A stretch of 51,745 nucleotides of DNA, taken from the IMG/VR virus record IMGVR_UViG_3300047565_000218, positions 1-51,745 of that record, one strand, 5' to 3'. Positions 26,927-37,075 of this stretch are shown here, in pieces. The notes under the pieces are model-generated. The model worked only from the letters and a program-made list of their open reading frames with translations. It did no database searches and was not told where the DNA came from. The first letter of the stretch is position 1. Each line of letters begins with the position of its first letter. Source of the DNA: a virus. Its lineage: Duplodnaviria; Caudoviricetes. The translations under genes were made by a program, and so were the position numbers.

Positions 26927-29900
26927 ATGCCAATAGATAAAGGAACTACATTACCAATTACTCAGTTAAGCGGATTACAGATTAATTATAAGGATTCTAA
27001 CAGTTGTTTTAATCTACCGATTATGACAACAGACGAGAGGGATGCTTTAATTAATACTAATGATCCAGCAAATCGCATTAAAAATGGAACGATGATATTT
27101 AACAGTGATAATAACCTTGTTCAATATTATCAAATCAAAAATGGAGTAGGAGTATGGATATCCGTAGCGAAAGGAGCTGGTACAGGTGATGTAGTAGGTC
27201 CTAACTCTTCTACTACTGGCAATCTTGCTTCTTTTAGCAATGATAGTGGAAAAGAAATACAGGATAGTGGAATAAAGGTTGTACAAAAAGAAGATGCTGC
27301 TTCAATCCTTACTGATACTCCGTTATATGAACTTAGCAATTTAAAAATACTACACTTTGGCAATATAGATGTACCTGGGAGTATTGATACTGCTACTATA
27401 ATGATGGACGGATTTACTCCTATTACTTTTCAAACTCAAAAATTATCTCCTGCAGAAGAAATAATCTGTTCTGTATTTAATGGTGAACTAGGTGCTGGTT
27501 CATCTTCCCCATCTGCTATTCTTGAAATTAATTCAACTGTTGGAGCATTTCTAAATGCTCGTCTGAATATTGCTCAAAGAGATGCTTTAGTTAGTCCGCA
27601 AGATGGTATGTTAATATTCAATACTGAAAGCAAAACTCTTGAATCCCGACAAAATGGAGAGTGGATAACTTTGGGAACGGGTAATGGAGATGGAACAGTT
27701 ACAGCAGTTGGTTTAATCAATAACGATAGTAACTTAACCATCACTGGTAGTCCTGTTACTGAAGCAGGAGATATTGAGGTTAATTTAAAGCCACAATTAG
27801 CTATAAAAACCATTACTTTAAATAATACAAACAATCATGGTTATACATTAAGCTCTCCAGCTAGTTTAGCACAGAACCTTACATTAACATTACCGGATAA
27901 TTCTGGCACAGCAGGACAAATACTCTCTACTGACGGAAAGGGCAATACTAGCTGGGTAAATGATATCGCTGGGGGTACTGTTACTTCTGTCGGTCTAACA
28001 AACACTGATAGTAACTTAACCATCACTGGTGGTCCTGTTACACAAGCTGGGAATATTGAAGTTGATCTAAAATCACAAATAGTCTTAAAGACTGTTACTT
28101 TAAATAATACAAGTGGTTATGGCTATACATTAAGTTCTCCTGTAGGACTTGGTAGTAGCATAAACTTTACACTTCCAACTAGTTCTGGAATTAAGGGACA
28201 AATACTCTCTACTGACGGACAAGGTAATACTAGTTGGGTTGCTGATATAGCTGGGGGTACTGTTACTTCTGTCAGTCTAACAAACACTGATAGTAACTTA
28301 ACCATCACCGGTGGTCCTGTTACACAAGCTGGGAATATCGAAGTTGATCTAAAATCACAAATAGTCTTAAAGACTATTACTTTAAATAACTTAAATAATT
28401 ATGGTTATACATTAGCTTCACCAGCGGGATTAAATAGTAACAAAAGCTTTGTATTACCTTCTACTAGTGGAATATCAGGACAAATACTTTCTACCGACGG
28501 ACAAGGTAATACTAACTGGGTTGATGATATTGCTGGGGGTACTGTTACTTCTGTAGGCCTAACCAACACTGATAGTAACCTGACTATTACCGGTAGCCCT
28601 GTTACTACCTCGGGTAATATCGCAGTTAATTTAAATCCAATACTTAACGGAATAACTTCAGTTAATTTAGCTAATAACGGTAAAGCTATTAGTTTAAGTG
28701 CTCCGTTAGGATTAAGTAACAACCTAACTTTTGTATTACCCGGTACTAACGGAACAGTTGGACAAATACTCTCTACTGACGGAAAGGGTAATACTAGCTG
28801 GGTTAATGATATTGCCGGCGGTACTGTTACTTCTGTCGGTCTAACAAACACCGATAGTAACTTAACCATCACTGGTGGTCCTGTTACACAAGCTGGGAAT
28901 ATTGCTGTGAATTTAAAACCGCAATTAGCTATAAAAAGCGTTACTTTAAATAATACTAATAATTATGGTTATACATTAAGCTCTCCTAATGGTCTTGGTA
29001 GTAATTTAAATTTTACACTTCCAACTAGCTCAGGAATTAAAGGTCAGATACTCTCTACTGATGGACAAGGTAATACTAACTGGGTTGATGATATTGCTGG
29101 CGGTACTGTTACCTCTGTCGGTCTAACAAACACCGATAGTAACCTGACCATCACTGGTAGTCCTGTTACTACCTCGGGCAATATTGCTGTGAATTTAAAT
29201 AAAAATCTTAATAATATTAATACTTTAAATTTAAGTAATAGTAACAATAAAGCTATTAGTTTAAGTGCTTCATCAGCATTAAGTAGTAACTTAAATTTTG
29301 TATTACCTAGCACTATCGGAACATCAGGGCAAGTACTCTCTACGGATGGACAAGGGAATACTAGTTGGGTTAATAACACAGGAGGAAGCGGCACTGTTAC
29401 TTCTGTAGGCCTAACCAACACCGACAACAACTTAACCATTACGGGTAGTCCTGTTACTACATCAGGTAGTATCTCTGTGCAGTTGAGTAAAGCATTAACA
29501 ATTACTACACTAAATACTAATAATGTGAACGCTGATTCAGTTGAGTCTAATGTAATTTTGGGTAACTATCTTACTATATCCAAAGCAATACAATTCCCCG
29601 GATCTGGTGGTAATAATGTATCCTTTTCAGGACCTACTACGATTCCTTCTTCTGGGACTAATTTTGTTTTACCTAACACTAACGGAACGGCTGGTTATGT
29701 ATTATCTACCGACGGAAAGGGTAATACTAGTTGGATAACTACAGCTTCTGCTAATAGTACTTATTTACTTACTCAAGCCGATGCAAGTCTTCCAAAAGCA
29801 ACAGTATTACCAGTGATAAATTCTAATGACAACTTAGGAATAGGTTATCAAGCTTTAAATGTTATAGATTCTAAGTCTTCAAATAATACTGCAATTGGTT

Positions 29901-30541
29901 CTCAAGCATTCTCAAAATTAACGAGTAGTAAGCAAAATAATACTGCATTAGGATACCAAGCCGGTTTTAACCAATCATCGTATGGAAATTGCACTTTTTT
30001 AGGTGCTAATGCAGATGCTAGTGTATCAGGTTTAACAAATGCAATTGCGATAGGTTATAATGCAAAAGTTTCGCAAAGTAATTCGATAGTATTGGGTGCT
30101 GTATATGGAACAATTGGAAGTTGTACTGTGGGAATCGGAACTACAGCTCCAAGATATCCGTTACATATAGCGAATAGTAATACTTCCTTAAGCCTGAACA
30201 GTGCTATTGGTTTGAATGAGACAAGTAATAATCCTCCCCCTCCTTCAGGAGCAAATGATATCGCTATTTTTGCAAAAAAGGGAAATGATTATGGGGCTAT
30301 GTATATGATCAATAGCAAAGGATCAATTTACAAATTTGATAGCACTAATATATCTGCACCAGCATCAGAACCTAAAATCCCAGTATTAACTGCTGACGAA
30401 ATCCAGAATCTTCAAGAAATCGCCCTTGGTGCGATTGTTTATGATAGTACAAACGATACAGTTATTATTAGTACTAAAAGCGGATGGCAAAATTTAACTC
30501 GTAGCCTATATAATCCTCAAAGTGTAAGTGCTGAAATATGA
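26927..30541 (+). CDS. Long repeat-containing tail fibre
   Basis: 94-aa repeats (GTVTSVGLTNTDSNLT...GQILSTDGxGNTxW); YadA-head-like NTAIG/AIAIG repeats near the C-terminus. Confidence 0.8.
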   Translation: MPIDKGTTLPITQLSGLQINYKDSNSCFNLPIMTTDERDALINTNDPANRIKNGTMIFNSDNNLVQYYQIKNGVGVWISVAKGAGTGDVVGPNSSTTGNLASFSNDSGKEIQDSGIKVVQKEDAASILTDTPLYELSNLKILHFGNIDVPGSIDTATIMMDGFTPITFQTQKLSPAEEIICSVFNGELGAGSSSPSAILEINSTVGAFLNARLNIAQRDALVSPQDGMLIFNTESKTLESRQNGEWITLGTGNGDGTVTAVGLINNDSNLTITGSPVTEAGDIEVNLKPQLAIKTITLNNTNNHGYTLSSPASLAQNLTLTLPDNSGTAGQILSTDGKGNTSWVNDIAGGTVTSVGLTNTDSNLTITGGPVTQAGNIEVDLKSQIVLKTVTLNNTSGYGYTLSSPVGLGSSINFTLPTSSGIKGQILSTDGQGNTSWVADIAGGTVTSVSLTNTDSNLTITGGPVTQAGNIEVDLKSQIVLKTITLNNLNNYGYTLASPAGLNSNKSFVLPSTSGISGQILSTDGQGNTNWVDDIAGGTVTSVGLTNTDSNLTITGSPVTTSGNIAVNLNPILNGITSVNLANNGKAISLSAPLGLSNNLTFVLPGTNGTVGQILSTDGKGNTSWVNDIAGGTVTSVGLTNTDSNLTITGGPVTQAGNIAVNLKPQLAIKSVTLNNTNNYGYTLSSPNGLGSNLNFTLPTSSGIKGQILSTDGQGNTNWVDDIAGGTVTSVGLTNTDSNLTITGSPVTTSGNIAVNLNKNLNNINTLNLSNSNNKAISLSASSALSSNLNFVLPSTIGTSGQVLSTDGQGNTSWVNNTGGSGTVTSVGLTNTDNNLTITGSPVTTSGSISVQLSKALTITTLNTNNVNADSVESNVILGNYLTISKAIQFPGSGGNNVSFSGPTTIPSSGTNFVLPNTNGTAGYVLSTDGKGNTSWITTASANSTYLLTQADASLPKATVLPVINSNDNLGIGYQALNVIDSKSSNNTAIGSQAFSKLTSSKQNNTALGYQAGFNQSSYGNCTFLGANADASVSGLTNAIAIGYNAKVSQSNSIVLGAVYGTIGSCTVGIGTTAPRYPLHIANSNTSLSLNSAIGLNETSNNPPPPSGANDIAIFAKKGNDYGAMYMINSKGSIYKFDSTNISAPASEPKIPVLTADEIQNLQEIALGAIVYDSTNDTVIISTKSGWQNLTRSLYNPQSVSAEI
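27689..29470 (+). repeat. 282-bp in-frame tandem repeat array
   Basis: Unit starts at about 27689, 27971, 28253, 28535, 28817, 29099, 29387. Confidence 0.9.
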
Positions 30542-32115
30542 GAAAAAACAAGAAAACTAAAATAAAAATGATTACTTCAGATAATAGTTTTAATGCTATG
30601 ACTGATAATCTTGTTGCATTTAATGATGAACAGGGAGTTACTTTAAAAAATACAAATATTAGTTCTACAAATCTTGTAACCTCTATAGAAGAAGGGATTG
30701 ACAGGCGAATTGCTATATTTGAAGGAAACTCCAAAAACATAAAAGACGGAGGCTTAAGTATAGCTGAAGTTATAGCAAATATTCCTACTACTTATCTTTC
30801 TTCAATAGAACAATATATCGTACAAGATAAAGACGTAATGATAATTGCTGCAAATAGTATGCAAATCATTTTACCTCCCGTTGCTTCTAATATAAATCGT
30901 CAATTAATTTTGAAATATCAAGAGAATCAAAGTCAAGAAATCACCATCAACGCTGTCGGCCTTGATAGTATAGATGGAACTCAAACAGTAATTCTAAATG
31001 GTAGTGGATACTTGCATCTGGTTGCTTCTAATGCCGGTGATAACAGATGGCATGTTATTTCTTCTTCTATTAACGAGGAAAATCCTAATCCGGTCTTTGA
31101 AACTATCACTTGTACAGAAAGCCCTTCTTCATTGCAAGATACTACTATTAACGGGTTGCTTACAGCAAATGATATTTCTTGTAATGGTAATGGCATATTT
31201 AATTCTATCCATAGCATAGGAAACATTACCAGTAATCAACTTGGATTATCTGGAAATAATAACAGTTATTTAGTTATAGCTGCTAATCCTAATCAAGAAC
31301 AAAACCTAACATTAACCTATCCAGATACTTTAGGAACATCAGGGCAAGTACTCTCTACGGATGGACAGGGTAATACTAGTTGGGTTAATAACGGAGGAGG
31401 CGGAGGGGGAAGCGGCACTGTTACTTCTGTCGGTCTAACAAACACTGATAGTAACTTAACCATCACTGGTAGTCCTGTTACTACCTCAGGGAATATTGCT
31501 GTGAATTTAAGTGATAATATCACTGCTAAACTCGGGACTTTTGATTATCTTGAAAGTAACTCAACAATCGTTAAAGGTCAGGTAATAGCAGATGACTTTA
31601 TTACTGATGGAGGTTTTGTAGCTGAAGGTACAGTTTCAGCAGGTACTCTAGTATCAAAAGGAGACATTACTGCTGCTAGCGATGTAACTAGTCTGCGTCT
31701 AAATTTGAATGTTAATGATACTACTCATTTAACATTAGAGCCAAACATTGCTCAAAAAAATAATTTAACACTGATTTTACCTCCAAATGCAGGAGAAGCT
31801 AATCAAGTTCTAAGTACTGACGGTTATGGAAATTTGGCTTGGGTAGATACTAATATTGTAATCAATAATTCTACTACAGGAAAAAGTACCCTAAATGGTA
31901 CTACTGGAGTCGTTATTAAAACATCAGCAATTACTACAAACTCTATAGTAAGCGTTACAAGAAATGCGGGACTGGGAATCCCGCAAGTTGTAAATAAAAC
32001 AGGAAATTTAACAGTAGGATCAATTATTAATGAAATATCTTTTACAGTCTACTCAACCACTGAAAACGATACAGATAACTTTGACTGGTTCATTTTAAAT
32101 CCTAAAATTTTATAA
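30538..32115 (+). CDS. Second tail fibre
   Basis: Contains one copy of the same repeat module; distinct C-terminus. Confidence 0.75.
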   Translation: MRKNKKTKIKMITSDNSFNAMTDNLVAFNDEQGVTLKNTNISSTNLVTSIEEGIDRRIAIFEGNSKNIKDGGLSIAEVIANIPTTYLSSIEQYIVQDKDVMIIAANSMQIILPPVASNINRQLILKYQENQSQEITINAVGLDSIDGTQTVILNGSGYLHLVASNAGDNRWHVISSSINEENPNPVFETITCTESPSSLQDTTINGLLTANDISCNGNGIFNSIHSIGNITSNQLGLSGNNNSYLVIAANPNQEQNLTLTYPDTLGTSGQVLSTDGQGNTSWVNNGGGGGGSGTVTSVGLTNTDSNLTITGSPVTTSGNIAVNLSDNITAKLGTFDYLESNSTIVKGQVIADDFITDGGFVAEGTVSAGTLVSKGDITAASDVTSLRLNLNVNDTTHLTLEPNIAQKNNLTLILPPNAGEANQVLSTDGYGNLAWVDTNIVINNSTTGKSTLNGTTGVVIKTSAITTNSIVSVTRNAGLGIPQVVNKTGNLTVGSIINEISFTVYSTTENDTDNFDWFILNPKIL

Positions 32116-32163
32116 ATCAAGGATTTAAGATATTTTTTAACATAATTTTATGAGGTTAATAAC

Positions 32164-32697
32164 ATGACTTTAAGTCAACTCATTACCACCATTGATATAG
32201 AATATAATAATATTGGTGTTGGTAATACTGTCGCTAGTGGTAGTTCAAATGCTGTAGCATTAGGTGATGGTCAAAATGTCGGTATCGGTACTGATAATCC
32301 ACTTGCTGGTTTACATATCGGCAATACCGAAAGTACTATCCCTGCTCTTTACTTAGCTGATGCTACTGGTAGTACTCTTCCAACTGTTGCTGCAGGTGAT
32401 GGTATATTTTCTGCTATGGATGGTGTACCTACTTTTACTGATAGCACCAGTTCTAAAACTCTTTTTACTGTTAGCAGTGATAATGTTGGTATTGGTACAT
32501 TAACCGATGGAACTGTAATAGTAGAAGCACCAATAGTTACTACATCTTCAAGAATTTCTTTAACTAGAACTGGAGATATTAACGATGTAGCAAGTATCGG
32601 TACTTTAAGCGCTGTTGCAAGCGCAGGCTCTTTTACAGTTAATTCAACTGTAGCAACCGATGTCGGCAGTTTTATATACTTTGTAATTAATATTTAA
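32164..32697 (+). CDS. Small fibre-tip-like protein
   Basis: NVGIGTDNP; C-terminal SFTVNST..D matches the previous gene's C-terminus. Confidence 0.6.
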   Translation: MTLSQLITTIDIEYNNIGVGNTVASGSSNAVALGDGQNVGIGTDNPLAGLHIGNTESTIPALYLADATGSTLPTVAAGDGIFSAMDGVPTFTDSTSSKTLFTVSSDNVGIGTLTDGTVIVEAPIVTTSSRISLTRTGDINDVASIGTLSAVASAGSFTVNSTVATDVGSFIYFVINI

Positions 32698-32729
32698 GAA
32701 TAAATACGTATATAAAAACAGCTTTCATT

Positions 32730-32770
32730 ACTACTCCATAGGCGTCTAAACTATGGAGTAGTTTTTAGTT
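32730..32770 (+). terminator. Intrinsic terminator
   Basis: ACTACTCCATAG/CTATGGAGTAGT 12-bp stem followed by T run. Confidence 0.8.
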
Positions 32771-32821
32771 TATAACTAATTCACGAAAATATTAAATAGA
32801 AACTTGTGTTTGGTTGATTTT

Positions 32822-33493
32822 ATGATGAATTATCAGAATCTTACTGCTCAGATAATAGCTTATGCCAATAGAGGAGGTAGCATTGAATTTGCTGCCGCTA
32901 TTCCTTACTTTATTGAGATGGCTCAGCAGAAAATCTGGAAGGAGTTAAATACCACAGGTTTTCAAAAAACTACACAGCTTAAAAAGTTTCAGGTAAATAA
33001 TGCCACTATTGAAAAATCTGCCGATTGGCAGGAAACCATCTCAATAATTTATGGTTCGAAAGATAACTTTTTTATCAATAACGTTGTCCTGTTTCCTAGA
33101 AGTTACGAGTTCTGTATAAATTACTGGCCAAACGTTAATTCAAGCGATCCTGCTAATCCTCCCCTCTTTTACTCAGATTATCAACCGGGACAAGAAAACG
33201 TAAGTCCTTATAAATATTATTTGATCGTTCCAACCCCGGATAAAGAATATAATTACCAAATAACCTACATAGGAAAACCTAATTTAATTACAACGACTAA
33301 TACAAACAACATACTAACAGACTATTACCCTGATCTTCTATTTTATGCCGCCTTTTTAGAGGCTCTTATTTATTTAAAGGATGATCAGAGAATGCCTGTC
33401 TATACAAAATTATATCAAGAAAGCTTAACGTCTGCTAATAATTTGACCAAAGATCGTTACATCGATCGCAGTGTAAAAAGAGATATAGGGTAA
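32822..33493 (+). CDS. Tail adaptor/tubular protein
   Basis: MNYQNL..IPYFIEMA..IVPTPD..YPDLLFYAAFLEA. Confidence 0.7.
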   Translation: MMNYQNLTAQIIAYANRGGSIEFAAAIPYFIEMAQQKIWKELNTTGFQKTTQLKKFQVNNATIEKSADWQETISIIYGSKDNFFINNVVLFPRSYEFCINYWPNVNSSDPANPPLFYSDYQPGQENVSPYKYYLIVPTPDKEYNYQITYIGKPNLITTTNTNNILTDYYPDLLFYAAFLEALIYLKDDQRMPVYTKLYQESLTSANNLTKDRYIDRSVKRDIG

Positions 33494-33496
33494 TTT

Positions 33497-35290
33497 ATGG
33501 CTACACAAAAACAGATATTTCCTATTACCTATAAGCCTGGGATACTCCGTGATGGTTCATTTTTTCAAGGAAGCTACTGCACGCGGGGGCAATGGGTAAG
33601 GTTTTTTAGAGGCCAACCCCAGAATATAGGCGGAATGAAAAATTATGTAATAAATCGATCCACAAAGCCTGAACTACTACCACCTAACTCTACTCCAACT
33701 GCAGCTCTTATATACTATGATAGTAACGGGAATAAACATATTTTAGTCGGGGTTTCTCTGAATAATAATGATGATGAATATAACGTAATAGATGCTACTT
33801 ATAGTAAGGATTCTCAAACCAACACTTATATTCAGAAATTCACTAATCCTACAAATATCTTGACACAATTTGTTGTAGTGATAAGTATTATTGACAATGT
33901 TAAAACAGAGCTAATATTGTGTTTAGGTATGAAAAATTACTTGAATATCAACAGTAGTGAAGCCATCGATACTATTTTTGGAAAATCCGCTATATATTAC
34001 CCTATAATAGAGGGACAACCAGATAAAAATAATTTTTTTAAATTAAATTTTAAAGCATCTCCAGTTCCAATTTATGCCGCTAATGGAACTATCAAGTCTT
34101 ATAAAGAGCCGAGACCTACAGAAGATGGTTTTATTTTTAAAGAAGCCACAGGGGGAATGCTTTACGTTGGAAATAGATTATTTTATTACGGCAACAATGG
34201 ACTTATTAGATGGTCTTCAGCCTCACAAGAGAAATCAAATAAAAAAACAAACTTGCAATGTCCGTTCTTATTTTTTGAAGATAAATATTCCATCAATATT
34301 AGCACCGATAAAGTAATCTACGGCGCAGAGTGGAGAGGAGGGGTAAATGCACCAACAATAATCTTCTGGACACTCAGCTCCGTTGTTCTTATTAGCAATA
34401 CTACAGGTAGCGATAATCAGATTATTGATGATCCTGATGACCTTTCTTTTAGCAAAAAGGTATTATCAAGGGATAGCTCCATTTTATCTTCAAATAGCGT
34501 AGTTGAATATGACGGAATATTCTATTGGCCTGGAACACAAAGATTTTTTGTATTCAACGGCGTAGTTCTTCCGCTTGAAAACAATCTTAATCGTCAGACT
34601 TTTTTTGATACTATTGATATGAGTAAGCGCCAAAAGGTCTTTGGCGTCAAAAACGTAAGCAGAGATGAAATATGGTGGTTCTACCCTGAAAAGGAGAAAG
34701 ATGCTAATGTTGGATGCACCAGAGCCGTTATTTACAATGTTGTAGATAATACCTGGTATGATACGGATATAGAAAGGGCAGCGGGTTATTTTGATAATAC
34801 TGGCGGTAACATGTATACTGTAGGAAAAAACCTGAGTCCTTACGAAGATGATAATAACAGTTATGTCTGGCAACATGAAGTCGGAAACGATCAGGTCAAT
34901 CTTTATAAAGCACCAGACCAGCAAACTAAAGCTATTCCTTCCTTCTTTACCACGCCGATAATTTCTTATGCTACCTTTAACCCACAAAAACAGGTGGCAG
35001 GAATTGATTACAACATAGGTATAGAGAGAATAGAGCCTAATATTGTCGGAACAAAAAAAATAAAGATGACTGTTAGTATCAATACGTATGAATATCCTGC
35101 AAGCACTCCTGTAACAGCTACTTATAACCTGACTGAGGATGGAGAAGTAGAGAATATTATTAGACCTGCTATTAATGAACGCAAACAAGGAAGAAACATT
35201 AATTTTACTTTCAAATCAGAAGGTATAGGTTCTGGTTACCAGATGGGAACTACCTTTGTTTTAGCTGAAATAGATGATGGTAGGGTATGA
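33497..35290 (+). CDS. Tail nozzle / DNA stabilisation protein
   Basis: KPGI..WVRF, EIWWFYP, AVIYNVVDNTWY, WQHEVG beta-propeller-like motifs. Confidence 0.7.
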   Translation: MATQKQIFPITYKPGILRDGSFFQGSYCTRGQWVRFFRGQPQNIGGMKNYVINRSTKPELLPPNSTPTAALIYYDSNGNKHILVGVSLNNNDDEYNVIDATYSKDSQTNTYIQKFTNPTNILTQFVVVISIIDNVKTELILCLGMKNYLNINSSEAIDTIFGKSAIYYPIIEGQPDKNNFFKLNFKASPVPIYAANGTIKSYKEPRPTEDGFIFKEATGGMLYVGNRLFYYGNNGLIRWSSASQEKSNKKTNLQCPFLFFEDKYSINISTDKVIYGAEWRGGVNAPTIIFWTLSSVVLISNTTGSDNQIIDDPDDLSFSKKVLSRDSSILSSNSVVEYDGIFYWPGTQRFFVFNGVVLPLENNLNRQTFFDTIDMSKRQKVFGVKNVSRDEIWWFYPEKEKDANVGCTRAVIYNVVDNTWYDTDIERAAGYFDNTGGNMYTVGKNLSPYEDDNNSYVWQHEVGNDQVNLYKAPDQQTKAIPSFFTTPIISYATFNPQKQVAGIDYNIGIERIEPNIVGTKKIKMTVSINTYEYPASTPVTATYNLTEDGEVENIIRPAINERKQGRNINFTFKSEGIGSGYQMGTTFVLAEIDDGRV

Positions 35291-35553
35291 TTAGCGTATA
35301 CCCCAAATATATTAGCATTAAATACTGGGCAGCTACTGTTTGCGATGATTATTCGGATTTTCCTCTTCCTGTGCTTCATGATGAAACAAAATGGGCAGCG
35401 TGGGCACAAAACTTAGTTGGTATTGAGCCGTTTGCAAGTAGAGGAGTACCAAGTCCTTACAAGGATGCTCGTAAAAAGGACGGAGAACTTGCTTTTAAAA
35501 GCTGGGAAGAATGGGCAAAAAAAGCTTATTTGGTTATGTTCTCGCAAGGATAG
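35287..35553 (+). CDS. Trp-rich small tail-module protein
   Basis: WAAWA..PSPY..FKSWEEWA; coupled. Confidence 0.65.
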   Translation: MISVYPKYISIKYWAATVCDDYSDFPLPVLHDETKWAAWAQNLVGIEPFASRGVPSPYKDARKKDGELAFKSWEEWAKKAYLVMFSQG

Positions 35554-35667
35554 TAATAATTCATCATAAGCCTCTTCGTCTTCTTTAGAAGACCATTCAA
35601 CCAGTAGATTTAATAAATAGTTCAAATATTCATAATCCATATAAGATAATTGATTCAGTAAAAATGA

Positions 35668-35949
35668 TTACAAACCTAATTCACTATGAGAACCAAGACG
35701 CACTAGCTCCAAAATATTGTCATTAATTTTTCTATAAATTAGCACTAAATCAGGTTTGATATGACAATCCCTACAATCCTTAAAATTACCAATAAGAGGA
35801 TGATCATGCATTAGCTCTGGTAATGGGATATCTGTAATTAATAATTGCAATATTACGAATAGCTTATTATCAAGAGTTGCTCTATGCTTTCCACGTTTTT
35901 CACGTTTGTAATCACGCTTATATTGAGTACTTCGTTTAATCGTCCGCAT
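35668..35949 (-). CDS. yafQ: YafQ-family toxin
   Basis: DHPLIG..RDCHIKPDLVLIY..LVRLGSHSEL. Confidence 0.92.
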   Translation of the reverse strand: MRTIKRSTQYKRDYKREKRGKHRATLDNKLFVILQLLITDIPLPELMHDHPLIGNFKDCRDCHIKPDLVLIYRKINDNILELVRLGSHSELGL

Positions 35950-36199
35950 TTAATTCGGTAAATAAATCATCTAAAGTACCAATGCTAATTAACTCACCTC
36001 TTCTTGCCTCTTCTATAGCCTTTATTGTTGTAGCATTTGGTATAAGAGGTTCAAAAGGTAATGCTTTCTCACGAGCAACACGAATTAATAGCAACCGAAA
36101 CGCATCTGATAGTGTAAGGCCTATTTCAGACAACACAACAGCAGCTTCTTCTTTTATCTGTTCATTTATGCGAGCACGCACAATAGAATTATTAAGCAT
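35936..36199 (-). CDS. dinJ: DinJ/RelB antitoxin
   Basis: VRARI..IKEEA..GLTLSDAFRL..LPFE..PNATT; operator palindrome GCTACATTGTAGC at 36227-36239. Confidence 0.92.
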   Translation of the reverse strand: MLNNSIVRARINEQIKEEAAVVLSEIGLTLSDAFRLLLIRVAREKALPFEPLIPNATTIKAIEEARRGELISIGTLDDLFTELNADD

Positions 36200-36270
36200 A
36201 AAATTATTATATTTTTATTATTTATAGCTACATTGTAGCACAATAAATATTTTTTACAAGCCAAACTTAC

Positions 36271-36307
36271 ACGATTTCTCAAGGCTACAAGTGTTCTGTG
36301 GTATAAT
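36271..36307 (+). promoter_or_regulatory. Putative late promoter 3
   Basis: ACGA-N22-TGTGGTATAAT. Confidence 0.6.
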
Positions 36308-36320
36308 AAAAAAGAAAAAA

Positions 36321-36803
36321 GTGAGCACATCAATAATTATGGCTCTAGACCTTGGTACTACTACCGGCTGGGCTATTAGAGAGGCAGCAGGCAACATAAC
36401 TTCTGGGACTGCCAGTTTTAAAACTGGGAGGTTTGAAGGTGGCGGCATGTCATTTTTACGTTTTAAACGATGGCTTACCGATTTAAAGGCGACTGTAGGA
36501 GTAATTGATGCGATCTATTTTGAGGAAGTAAGAGCCCATAAGGGAGTAGACGCTGCCCATAAATATGGCGGATTTCTTGCCCATCTTACCGCCTGGTGTG
36601 AACATCACCAGATACCTTATAGCGGTATACCTGTTGGAACGATTAAGAAACATATTACTGGTAAAGGTAATAGCTCTAAAGAGTCCGTAATAACAGCTGT
36701 TAGAAACAAGGGTTTTTCTCCAGCTGATGATAACGAGGCCGATAGTCTTGCTCTGCTTGATTTTGTACTAAATAATAAAAATAAGGAAATAACTTATGCG
36801 TAA
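36321..36803 (+). CDS. RuvC-like Holliday junction resolvase
   Basis: ALDLGTTTGWA, FEEV, IKKHITGKGN, DDNEADSLA. Confidence 0.88.
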   Translation: MSTSIIMALDLGTTTGWAIREAAGNITSGTASFKTGRFEGGGMSFLRFKRWLTDLKATVGVIDAIYFEEVRAHKGVDAAHKYGGFLAHLTAWCEHHQIPYSGIPVGTIKKHITGKGNSSKESVITAVRNKGFSPADDNEADSLALLDFVLNNKNKEITYA

Positions 36804-36969
36804 ATTTAAAATACTTGCTGGTCTTACATTAATAATAATTAGTTTATTAATCGCTTGTGACGACTTTTTCTCTCCAACTATTGAGATATTTAATGAGATA
36901 ACTACACCAACAAACGTAGAGCAACAGCAGAAAAAAGAGCAACAAAATAACACTGTACAGCAAAATTAA
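36796..36969 (+). CDS. Small lipoprotein, 57 aa
   Basis: MRKFK, hydrophobic core, LIA-C lipobox; AAGGA RBS; absent from ORF track. Confidence 0.7.
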   Translation: MRKFKILAGLTLIIISLLIACDDFFSPTIEIFNEITTPTNVEQQQKKEQQNNTVQQN

Positions 36970-36982
36970 TTTGAATAATCAC

Positions 36983-37005
36983 GACTGCCTATTTTCTAGG
37001 CAGTC
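36983..37005. terminator. Hairpin at convergence point
   Basis: GACTGCCTA/TAGGCAGTC stem; no clear U tract. Confidence 0.45.
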
Positions 37006-37075
37006 ACTAAAACCTTGAAAAACTAACCCCTGCAAGCATAATACACAAAGTTATTAAGGTTTTTTGTGGATTATT

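Noticed and set aside
27689-29470. CRISPR array, DGR or shufflon
   Set aside because: Repeats are in-frame coding units with a 282-bp period; no cas, reverse transcriptase or invertase gene and no inverted crossover sites seen
27047-31523. Repeated MVKLLSVFVRPTEVTVPP minus-strand ORFs
   Set aside because: Mirror images of the fibre repeats
34490-35188. 232-aa minus-strand ORF
   Set aside because: Fully antisense to the nozzle gene with no protein-like motifs
35413-35640. 75-aa minus-strand ORF after yafQ
   Set aside because: Most of it overlaps a tail gene in antisense; only the first ~28 aa (EWSSKEDEEAYDEL) look like an antitoxin remnant
36983-37047. Type I TA antisense RNA against the lipoprotein gene
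   Set aside because: Only a weak minus-strand -10 and no U tract; hairpin is explained as a convergent terminator
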